Virus record (IMG/VR): IMGVR_UViG_3300033075_000275
Span: 1 to 64,000 of that record
Strand: one strand, 5' to 3'
DNA length: 64,000 nucleotides
Source: a virus
Taxonomy: Duplodnaviria; Caudoviricetes
Every line of letters starts with the position of its first letter. The stretch's first letter is position 1. Positions 55,899 to 62,709 of this stretch are shown piece by piece. Under the pieces are notes generated by a model. That model was not told the origin of the DNA and made no database searches. It saw only the letters and a program-made list of their open reading frames with translations. The translations under genes were made by a program, and so were the position numbers.

Positions 55899-56185
55899 TG
55901 GGATACAAATTCACCGCGCATGGTAATTGGATGACCATGCACTTTGACGCGCCGCTGACAAGCGCGGGCGTTGTCAACGTTGGCGGTTACTGGTGGAATT
56001 CCCTTCGGGCCGACCCTTACCGGGCCGCTGCCAAATTCGCCAATGAGCGTACCCCATTCCGTAATGACCCTAATTGCCCTACGGCAATGGAATTCTGGGC
56101 CGGGGTTACCGATGATGACCTTGCCGAATTCGACAAGCGTAATCAGGAATTGTCTGATAATGTTGCTAAGTGGGGTTCTGAGTAA
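55898..56185 (+). CDS. hypothetical protein
   Basis: TAATG overlap. Confidence 0.6.
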   Translation: MGYKFTAHGNWMTMHFDAPLTSAGVVNVGGYWWNSLRADPYRAAAKFANERTPFRNDPNCPTAMEFWAGVTDDDLAEFDKRNQELSDNVAKWGSE

Positions 56186-56195
56186 TTCCAGGCCC

Positions 56196-56309
56196 GTGAT
56201 TACTCTCCGTAATCGCGGGCGCCCGGCCCAGGCCGGGCTGTCAAGTAGTTACGATGTGACATAGGACACCCCTGAAAATATTGACACAGAGACTCGCAGG
56301 GTGTAGTCT
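56196..56309 (+). promoter_or_regulatory. composite repeat/promoter, copy 4
   Basis: Core 56217; TGTGA-N6-ACAC; TTGACA-17-TAGTCT. Confidence 0.9.
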
Positions 56310-56315
56310 AAAGAC

Positions 56316-56480
56316 ACAACAGAACAGAGGATGACAGCAGGAGCGGGCTAGACCGAGGGATTTAGTCACCCCCATGAAAGCCCACTACTCCCCAAGGGTG
56401 GACGCCGGATTGACGATCACAACTCCCAGGGACATAGGGGAAAGTCGAACCCGCTTCTGCCGTGATCTTCTGTTCGGACA
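56316..56480 (+). ncRNA. candidate structured ncRNA (about 160 nt) closed by a ~26-bp terminal helix
   Basis: 56322-56347 pairs with 56450-56475; bounded by two promoters; no credible ORF. Confidence 0.65.
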
Positions 56481-56482
56481 AC

Positions 56483-56511
56483 TTGACAAGTCAATAGCGT
56501 GGCGATATACT
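56483..56511 (+). promoter_or_regulatory. promoter for tRNA cluster 2
   Basis: TTGACA-17-TATACT. Confidence 0.85.
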
Positions 56512-56557
56512 AGTCTCCTACCGGGGCGCATCCAAAGGGACCGGCCCGGTAGTGTAT

Positions 56558-56635
56558 GCCATGGGCGCTGGGACGCATACGAGTCTGTAAAACTTGTCTC
56601 ATATGGGTAGCAAGGTTCGATTCCTTGACATGGCA
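56558..56635 (+). tRNA. tRNA-Tyr(GTA)
   Basis: CGAGT-CTGTAAA-ACTTG; long variable arm; CAAGG-TTCGATT-CCTTG; ends approximate. Confidence 0.8.
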
Positions 56636-56639
56636 CAAA

Positions 56640-56699
56640 TCAAGGGTAATCCGGCTCGACGGCGACGGCTGTTGTGGTGTTCGAATCACCTCCCTTGAT
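56640..56699 (+). ncRNA. tRNA-like element lacking a normal anticodon arm
   Basis: TCAAGGG/CCCTTGA acceptor stem, T8-A9, GGTG-TTCGAAT-CACC T arm; only 26 nt in between. Confidence 0.55.
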
Positions 56700-56702
56700 T
56701 AT

Positions 56703-56777
56703 GGCCCCATCGTCTAATGGCTAGGATTGCGCCCTTTCAAGGCGCAGGAAGGGGATCGAAACCCCTTGGGGCTACCA
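56703..56777 (+). tRNA. tRNA-Glu(TTC)
   Basis: GCGCC-CTTTCAA-GGCGC; encoded CCA. Confidence 0.92.
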
Positions 56778-56803
56778 GATTAGGAATATGGTATACTAAT
56801 CAT

Positions 56804-57100
56804 ATGGCATATTCTGATATCGAAAAAAGAAATGAATGGTTTCGCAAACGCTATCAAGATAATCTTGAGTTTGTTCAAAACTATAAAATGAAAATCGGAT
56901 GTTCTGACTGTGGATGGAATGAGCATCACGCGGGGTTAGAATTTGATCACGTAAATCCTCATGTGCGCGGAACAGTTTCGTCACAATTAGGAAAGTCAAG
57001 AAGAGTTATACTAGAAGAAATATCTGCTTGTGAGGTAGTTTGTTCTAGGTGTCATTCACTTAGAACATGGAACAGAAGAGCCCAGATGGTTCAAGAGTAA
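56804..57100 (+). CDS. small HNH-like endonuclease inside tRNA cluster
   Basis: CSDCG..LEFDHV..EEISACEVVCSRCH; leaderless TGG-TATACT promoter at 56789-56797. Confidence 0.8.
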   Translation: MAYSDIEKRNEWFRKRYQDNLEFVQNYKMKIGCSDCGWNEHHAGLEFDHVNPHVRGTVSSQLGKSRRVILEEISACEVVCSRCHSLRTWNRRAQMVQE

Positions 57101-57129
57101 GATTTCGGGTTCGATTCCCGTTGGGACTA
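57090..57129 (+). pseudogene. 3' half of a second tRNA-Glu(TTC)
   Basis: TTC-AA-GAGTA-AGATT-TCGGG-TTCGATT-CCCGT-TGGGACT-A fits tRNA positions 34-73 exactly; no matching 5' half. Confidence 0.7.
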
Positions 57130-57238
57130 CGTAGCAAAACTATCGGCAAGGCCAGTCGGTAGAAAGGGAGGGCGCTGTAGCGAAAGCAGGCCCTAACAAA
57201 AACCGTCAATGACGGTAACAAAGCCTCCCAAATATAAT

Positions 57239-57312
57239 TCCGGTGTAGTGTAATGGTAACACAAGTGCTTCCAAACCATTTGATAGGGGTTCGATTCCTC
57301 TCACCGGGGCCA
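57239..57312 (+). tRNA. tRNA-Trp(CCA)
   Basis: AGTGC-TTCCAAA-CCATT (one C-C mismatch); G73; encoded CCA. Confidence 0.8.
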
Positions 57313-57313
57313 A

Positions 57314-57385
57314 GCCTCCATAGTGAATGGGTTATCATGCATCCCTGTCAAGGATGCGAAACGGGTCCGAGTCCCGTTGGAGGCG
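57314..57385 (+). tRNA. tRNA-Asp(GTC)
   Basis: CATCC-CTGTCAA-GGATG. Confidence 0.88.
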
Positions 57386-57391
57386 CGTTAA

Positions 57392-57462
57392 TCTCCTATA
57401 GTTCAATGGCAGAACGGATGGCTGTTAACCATCTAATCTAGGTTCGAATCCTGGTGGGAGAG
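57392..57462 (+). tRNA. tRNA-Asn(GTT)
   Basis: GATGG-CTGTTAA-CCATC; CTAGG-TTCGAAT-CCTGG. Confidence 0.92.
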
Positions 57463-57508
57463 CGGGCGAGAGATACCAGGGTTTAAACGTATTCCTCTCC
57501 ACCCCTAA

Positions 57509-57579
57509 GGGGGTATAGTATAATGGCAAAACCGCTGGCTCTTACCCAGCAGATCGGAGTTCGACTCTCCGTGCCCCTA
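57509..57579 (+). tRNA. tRNA-Lys(CTT)
   Basis: GCTGG-CTCTTAC-CCAGC; CGGAG-TTCGACT-CTCCG. Confidence 0.9.
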
Positions 57580-57581
57580 CT

Positions 57582-57692
57582 GTTACCGTGAGTGATCGCG
57601 GGCGCCCGGCCCAGGCCGGGCTGTCAAGTGTTTACGATGTGATCTAGGACACTTCTAAATATCTTGACAGATGACAACTTTTACTATAGCCT
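57582..57692 (+). promoter_or_regulatory. composite repeat/promoter, copy 5
   Basis: Core 57600; TTGACA-17-TAGCCT. Confidence 0.88.
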
Positions 57693-57698
57693 AGTTAC

Positions 57699-57968
57699 AT
57701 GAGCCGCACAGACAAGACCGACCCGTGGTGGACTCAGGGTACATGGGTTCCCGTACACGATCACTCTAGGGGAGCGTGTACTCTCCCTGCCAATCCGCCC
57801 TGTCACCACATCACCACGTCATACCGTCACGGTAAGTGCCACTGGACTAAGCGTTGGGATGAGGTCAAGTGGTCCCGTGACAAGTCGGCTGATCGTGCCG
57901 AGCGGGAATGGCTTACTCGCAAGACCCGCTATCGTCGTAACCGTTTGCAGAACGATGATTGGGATTGA
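57699..57968 (+). CDS. hypothetical Cys/His-rich phage protein, leaderless
   Basis: ATG 6 nt after -10; MSRTDKTDPW.. Confidence 0.65.
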   Translation: MSRTDKTDPWWTQGTWVPVHDHSRGACTLPANPPCHHITTSYRHGKCHWTKRWDEVKWSRDKSADRAEREWLTRKTRYRRNRLQNDDWD

Positions 57969-58078
57969 TTACTCTCAGTAATCACGGGCGCCCGGCCCAG
58001 GCCGGGCTGTCAAGTGTTTACGATGTGACTTAGATCACCTGGAAATATCTAGACCGTCACAGTGAATCGTGGTATAGT
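57966..58078 (+). promoter_or_regulatory. composite repeat/promoter, copy 6
   Basis: Core 57986; TGTGA-cttaga-TCAC; TAGACC-17-TATAGT. Confidence 0.9.
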
Positions 58079-58084
58079 CTAACT

Positions 58085-58231
58085 ATGAGTAGCCGACCGA
58101 ATCCTCGCCGGGCAAGTGAACACCAGCGTATCGTTATTGAGCGCCGTCGATCCAGCGCCGCATCCCCTCATGTCAACCGCGTCCGATATGATCGCAACCG
58201 TTCTAATAGGGAATGGAAGCGTGATGCCTGA
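58085..58231 (+). CDS. 48-aa Arg-rich protein, leaderless
   Basis: MSSRPNPRRASEHQRIVIERRRSSAASPHVNRVRYDRNRSNREWKRDA. Confidence 0.6.
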   Translation: MSSRPNPRRASEHQRIVIERRRSSAASPHVNRVRYDRNRSNREWKRDA

Positions 58232-58392
58232 CTCTATAAATCCAATGCATGAACCGCCACACGCGCACGGTATTGCTCTCAGCCCCGCCGATGTGAGGCA
58301 ACTAGAGGCAGCGCTAGACGCGCCTCCTGCCGTGATCGAATCGTTACGCAAACTTCTTGACACCCCCCCCCTCAATCTGATAGGGTACTCGT

Positions 58393-59100
58393 ATGGCACT
58401 CACCCGATCCAAGGACCGCAAGGTTACTAACGCTGTTTCGCCTAATGGAAAGACGGCAGTAATTGCTAATTCATTCGGCCTTCCTGCCGGAAAGGCATTT
58501 AGTTGCCCCGGCGCTACCCCATTCTGCGAGCGTATTTGCTACGCTGGCAAATTGGAAAAGGTTTACAAGGGTGTGCGTAATGTCCTTATGTCCAACTGGA
58601 ATCAATTGCAGAATGTCACGTTTTCGGAAATGGTCGAATTGCTCGACCGTATGATTACCGATTTCGAGGCGGAATGCGATAAGCGCGGGGCCGATAAGGC
58701 ATTCCGTATCCATTGGGATGGGGATTTCTTTAGCAACGATTACACTATCGCATGGCGCGAGGTTATCAACCTTCACCCCGATACTCATTTCTGGGTTTAC
58801 ACGCGGGTAAAGGATGCGGCAATGATGCTGCACAATGCCAACCTTTCTAACCTTTCGCTTTACTTTAGCGCCGACCGCGACAATATCTACAATGCCCGGT
58901 TGCTTTCTAGCGTCGGTATCAACGTTGCATATGTCGATGACACTTTCGCACAGGGTAAGGCAGAATTTCCGAAGGCTGCCCGGTGCCCTGAGAATAACAA
59001 GGCTATCCCCCTCATTTCCACTAAGGGTAGCGCGTGCATTGTTTGCGGCCTTTGCGTGAATGGTCGGAATGACGTGCTGTTTGCGGTGAAAAAGCGATGA
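58393..59100 (+). CDS. mycobacteriophage gp88-like protein
   Basis: RSKDRKV..NSFGLPAG..SCPGAT..C..ICYAGKLE..FRIHWDGDFFS; promoter TTGACA-18-TAGGGT at 58357-58386. Confidence 0.8.
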   Translation: MALTRSKDRKVTNAVSPNGKTAVIANSFGLPAGKAFSCPGATPFCERICYAGKLEKVYKGVRNVLMSNWNQLQNVTFSEMVELLDRMITDFEAECDKRGADKAFRIHWDGDFFSNDYTIAWREVINLHPDTHFWVYTRVKDAAMMLHNANLSNLSLYFSADRDNIYNARLLSSVGINVAYVDDTFAQGKAEFPKAARCPENNKAIPLISTKGSACIVCGLCVNGRNDVLFAVKKR

Positions 59101-59171
59101 ATAGTTTTGTCACCTTTCTAGTTATCCTGGGAATTGCATTCTTTTGGATGGTCTATTGGAAACCACGCTAA
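59097..59171 (+). CDS. 24-aa TM micropeptide ending WKPR
   Basis: ATGA overlap; MNSFVTFLVILGIAFFWMVYWKPR. Confidence 0.5.
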   Translation: MNSFVTFLVILGIAFFWMVYWKPR

Positions 59172-59179
59172 GTAACCCC

Positions 59180-59293
59180 GCCGTCACTCTCTGTGACGGC
59201 GGGCGCCCGGCCCAGGCCGGGCTGTCAACCCCTTACGATGTGACGTGGATCACCCATAAAACTATAGACTCCCGACCCCTGATCATGTATGCT
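59180..59293 (+). promoter_or_regulatory. composite repeat/promoter, copy 7
   Basis: GCCGTCAC-TCTCT-GTGACGGC; core 59201; TGTGA-cgtgga-TCAC; TAGACT-17-TATGCT. Confidence 0.9.
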
Positions 59294-59324
59294 TGCATCA
59301 TCACCTAGAGAAAGAGGTAATACA

Positions 59325-59456
59325 ATGGCTCTGTCCGTTCTCATCGCCGCCGAGGTTTGGAATCGTAAGGACGGCGCGGTTGTCAAGTCCGTCGTTCGTA
59401 CCGAGGATGGCCGATTCGTCGGCGTGACCAACCAGACGCGGGAGGTCAAGGCATGA
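59325..59456 (+). CDS. hypothetical 43-aa protein
   Basis: GAGGT RBS; MALSVLIAAEVWNRKDG.. Confidence 0.55.
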   Translation: MALSVLIAAEVWNRKDGAVVKSVVRTEDGRFVGVTNQTREVKA

Positions 59457-59668
59457 GCGAGAAGTACGCTCTTGACGTAATGCCGGGGGACATTCTCGAT
59501 CTTGACGAGCGTGGCCCCGTGCTGGTCGATTACGTTTTCCAACCTAGCGATGACTACTCCGCCGTTGTCATTAGCGGTTATGACCCCGATGGTGATGAAT
59601 TCGATGAGGAATTCGACCCCGATGACGTGCTGACCGTTCGTCATAACCTCGCCTATCTTTGGGACTGA
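59453..59668 (+). CDS. acidic hypothetical protein
   Basis: ATGA overlap. Confidence 0.55.
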   Translation: MSEKYALDVMPGDILDLDERGPVLVDYVFQPSDDYSAVVISGYDPDGDEFDEEFDPDDVLTVRHNLAYLWD

Positions 59669-59669
59669 T

Positions 59670-59858
59670 ATGCCTACCCCGTTCGAAATCCTGTTCCCCG
59701 CCGAGGCGGCAATGCGTGATATGCGTATCTGCCCGCTCTGCCAGGTTGCCATCAACCCCGGCGATTTCCGCGATGCTATTTCGCTGCGAGAGTCAGAGAT
59801 TAGCGGCATGTGCCAGACGTGCCAGGACAACTTTTTCACCGATGGAGACGAGTGGTAA
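59670..59858 (+). CDS. small Zn-finger protein
   Basis: CPLC..FRDAISLRESEISGMCQTCQD. Confidence 0.65.
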   Translation: MPTPFEILFPAEAAMRDMRICPLCQVAINPGDFRDAISLRESEISGMCQTCQDNFFTDGDEW

Positions 59859-60079
59859 TGACCATTCTGTGTGGTAAGACCCGTCCGCAAGCCGACCCGT
59901 ATGAGATTTGGGTCGATGGTGACTGGACGTGGCTGGTGCTGAAAAAGTATCAGAACGACGACCGCAAGCCTTATGCACGCTGGCTTTGTGCGGTAAAGTC
60001 CCCGTTCACCTTCGGTTCGTATGAGGTTGGCGACGTGTATGCTGCCGAGGTCATGGATTCTGCGGAGCGGGTTCTCTAA
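59858..60079 (+). CDS. hypothetical phage protein
   Basis: TAATG overlap; CGKTR..PYEIW..WTWLVLKKYQ..YARWLCAVKSP. Confidence 0.6.
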   Translation: MTILCGKTRPQADPYEIWVDGDWTWLVLKKYQNDDRKPYARWLCAVKSPFTFGSYEVGDVYAAEVMDSAERVL

Positions 60080-60252
60080 TGGATAGGCAATGGCGTCGGA
60101 CATTCTTTCTGTCCCTCGCCATTTGCTTTATCCTATTCAGTGTGTTTCGTGCCGTTCTACTGGTCTATATTGCTGAGCAGGAAAAGGTGACGGGCGAACC
60201 TAACTACAATTGTACAATTTGTACAACTGTCCCCCCTGATTACTCTCCGTAA
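60079..60252 (+). CDS. 57-aa single-TM protein
   Basis: TAATG overlap; stop lies within repeat copy 8. Confidence 0.45.
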   Translation: MDRQWRRTFFLSLAICFILFSVFRAVLLVYIAEQEKVTGEPNYNCTICTTVPPDYSP

Positions 60253-60350
60253 TCACGGGCGCCCGGCCTAGGCCGGGCTGTCAAGTCTTTTACGATATGA
60301 CATAGAGCACGCCTAAAACTATAGACTGTCACTCTGCCACATGCTATTCT
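60238..60350 (+). promoter_or_regulatory. composite repeat/promoter, copy 8
   Basis: Core 60257 with perfect CCCGGCCTAGGCCGGG; TAGACT-17-TATTCT. Confidence 0.9.
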
Positions 60351-60378
60351 TGACCTACCAACCGAGAAAGGAACCCAA

Positions 60379-60609
60379 ATGTCATCATCCCCCGGAGTGT
60401 TCATCGTCAAGGACGGTCGGCCCTTCATCGACGTTCTCACCGTTACCGAAAACATGTGCCAGTTCGCGGTGAATATGCTTCGATCCAACAACGCCCCCGT
60501 TCCCCGCGAGATGCTTGAGTTTTTCGGTGAGGCTGCGACGATGCGGGCGGAATACATCATTGTAGAGGCCGACCTCGCCATGCTCGACCCCGATACTGTG
60601 ATCGTCTGA
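60379..60609 (+). CDS. hypothetical protein
   Basis: AAAGGA RBS. Confidence 0.6.
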   Translation: MSSSPGVFIVKDGRPFIDVLTVTENMCQFAVNMLRSNNAPVPREMLEFFGEAATMRAEYIIVEADLAMLDPDTVIV

Positions 60610-60616
60610 GGAGAGC

Positions 60617-60880
60617 ATGATGACTGATATTCCCGAGGGTGTAATCGGATCATACAAGGTCACCCTTCTAGTAGATCGGAAGCCTTGGATGCTCGACCCG
60701 GCTGATTGGGATTGGGAGGCTCTGTGTGGTCCCGATACCAAGGTTGTCGATTGCCACCTCGTAGGGGTTCGACTGGATGATGATGAGTTATATGCCCGGC
60801 TGGATGAAACCCGCCAGACTTGCGGTCAGCCAGACAATTGTGGCGACTGCGACCACACTTCTGGGAATGGAAATCTGTGA
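60617..60880 (+). CDS. hypothetical protein with C-terminal Cys cluster
   Basis: GAGGAG RBS; CG..DNCGDCD. Confidence 0.55.
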   Translation: MMTDIPEGVIGSYKVTLLVDRKPWMLDPADWDWEALCGPDTKVVDCHLVGVRLDDDELYARLDETRQTCGQPDNCGDCDHTSGNGNL

Positions 60881-61371
60881 ACAGTAACAAGACTCAGATT
60901 CATCGCAAGCGTATATCACGCCCTATGCTATGGCTTGTGAATAACGTGCGAGTGTTTGAGAATGCACGTGTGCTTCATTTCGGTGAGGGCCGCGCGTTTC
61001 TCGACACCCAGGCCCTTATTGATGAGGGAGCATATGTAACTGCGTATGACCCTTATTCCCCCGCGCCTGCTCAGCGTGACGATGTTGTCATCTACAACTA
61101 CTACGACTATGTAATTGCAGTCTACGTATTTAACGCTCTGGAACCGGGAGAGCGCATTCAGGCCTACTCCGATTTCATTACCGCCAAGATGGGTGGAGTC
61201 GGATACATTGCCTTGCGTACTGACAAAATCGCCGGGGTACCCTATGAGGATGGCGTCATTACCCAAAAGTATACCTTTCAGAAGTCTTACACCCCCGAGT
61301 CAGCGGTCGAGGAATTCGGCGGCAAGGTAATTCACAAGGGTTCCGGCTTTCTCATTCTGGAGATTTCATAA
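60877..61371 (+). CDS. SAM-dependent methyltransferase-like protein resembling the phosphorothioation-associated MTase domain
   Basis: ISRP..VLHFGEGRAFLD..AYDPY..YVFNAL..ER..DGVITQKYTFQKSYT. Confidence 0.7.
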   Translation: MNSNKTQIHRKRISRPMLWLVNNVRVFENARVLHFGEGRAFLDTQALIDEGAYVTAYDPYSPAPAQRDDVVIYNYYDYVIAVYVFNALEPGERIQAYSDFITAKMGGVGYIALRTDKIAGVPYEDGVITQKYTFQKSYTPESAVEEFGGKVIHKGSGFLILEIS

Positions 61372-61390
61372 CTAACGACGATCTTATCCG

Positions 61391-61500
61391 GTCCATTCTG
61401 GACGGCGGGCGCCCGCGCCAGCGCGGGCTGTCAAGTCTTTTACGATAAGTTAAATATTTCCCCTAAAAACCTTGACATCCACCCTGGCAGCATGTAGAAT
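61391..61500 (+). promoter_or_regulatory. composite repeat/promoter, copy 9
   Basis: Core 61407 with CCCGCGC-CA-GCGCGGG; TTGACA-17-TAGAAT. Confidence 0.88.
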
Positions 61501-61506
61501 GACCCC

Positions 61507-61575
61507 ATGGACCTACTATTGATGATCTTGTTAGGTGTGACCCTCGTCATACTCGCAGTCACTTGGAAGCCCTAG
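61507..61575 (+). CDS. 22-aa TM micropeptide ending WKP, leaderless
   Basis: MDLLLMILLGVTLVILAVTWKP; ATG 6 nt after -10. Confidence 0.55.
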   Translation: MDLLLMILLGVTLVILAVTWKP

Positions 61576-61632
61576 ACATAGCCGCCCGAATCTGCTAGAC
61601 TTGCATCACAAGCCAATCAAGGAAGGAACAAC

Positions 61633-62640
61633 ATGCCTGCTGCTGTCGAAACCTCCGGTCGCCTCGCGGCCTTTGCTTCCCGTGAGGTGCCCGCGTGGCA
61701 CGCGCTGGGAACTGTCTTTGAGGGTAACCTCAACACTCAGGAAATGCTCGCTCTCGCTCACCTGAATGGATGGAACGTTCGGCTCGTCCCGTTTGAGGCT
61801 GTCCTCGACTTCGACACCTATGCCAAGCCGCAGTTTCTCGTCGTCCGCGATAACCCGTTCGGTGACGGCCAGGGCGTTCTCGGCACGGTCGGCTCCCGCT
61901 ACAATGTCGTGCAGAACGAACAACTGTTCGACTTCGGTGACCTCATCCTCGATGGTGGTGGCCGCTGGGAGACTGCCGGGTCCATCAAGGGCGGAACCCA
62001 GGTGTTCGGCTCTCTCGCCTTCGATGAAAAGACCATCACGCTCGACCCCGATGGTCGCTCTGACGAGGTAAAGACGTTCCTCCTGGTCGTGACCGGCCAC
62101 GACGGCTCATGTGCCGTTACTGCTATCGTGACTCCTGTTCGTGTCGTGTGCGCGAACACGCTGGCCGTTGCCCTCGGTGGGGCCAAGTCTAAGTTCACGA
62201 TTCGTCACACTTCCACGGTCGATGGCAAGATCGCTGCCGCTCGTAAGGCGCTCGGTGTGACCTTCGGTTACATGGACGCTTTCCAGGCAGAGGCTCAGGC
62301 CATGATCGAGAAGGAAATCACTAAGGCCACCTTCGATGACCTTGTGACCTCTCTCTACCCGATGCCCGAGAAGGACGCCAAGGGATCGGTGAAGAAGTGG
62401 ACGACCAAGATCGACCAGATCGAGGCAATTTATCTCGGTCAGGCTGACGGTCCCGACACGACCTCCGCCATTCGCGGAACGGTTTGGGGCGCGTACAATG
62501 CCCTTACCGAAAATCTGGACTGGTACGGTAAGATTCGGGCGGGTAACGTCGAATCCCTTACCCTTGGTGCTGCTGGTCTGGATATCGCTAAGGCTGCTGA
62601 GAAGGAGCGGATTCACTCCCGCGTCCTGGCTCTGCTCTGA
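61633..62640 (+). CDS. DUF932 / TIGR03299-type phage-plasmid protein
   Basis: PAWHALG..VVQNEQLFDF..WETAGSIKGG..HDGS..TPVRVVCANTL..IRHT..GTVWGAYNALTE. Confidence 0.88.
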   Translation: MPAAVETSGRLAAFASREVPAWHALGTVFEGNLNTQEMLALAHLNGWNVRLVPFEAVLDFDTYAKPQFLVVRDNPFGDGQGVLGTVGSRYNVVQNEQLFDFGDLILDGGGRWETAGSIKGGTQVFGSLAFDEKTITLDPDGRSDEVKTFLLVVTGHDGSCAVTAIVTPVRVVCANTLAVALGGAKSKFTIRHTSTVDGKIAAARKALGVTFGYMDAFQAEAQAMIEKEITKATFDDLVTSLYPMPEKDAKGSVKKWTTKIDQIEAIYLGQADGPDTTSAIRGTVWGAYNALTENLDWYGKIRAGNVESLTLGAAGLDIAKAAEKERIHSRVLALL

Positions 62641-62709
62641 CATTCCATCCTGGGCATGATGTAAAACTGCCTCCACACTTTGTACCATTCAGCATCCACA
62701 TAATGTACC

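Noticed and set aside
56437-56458. RNase P RNA (GGGGAAAGTC and GAACCCGCTT resemble CR-I and CR-V)
   Set aside because: The two motifs are adjacent rather than at opposite ends, and the RNA is too short; likely coincidence.
57239-57312. tRNA-Gly(TCC) reading of this tRNA
   Set aside because: The CCA register gives 4/5 anticodon-stem pairs and G73; the TCC register gives 2/5.
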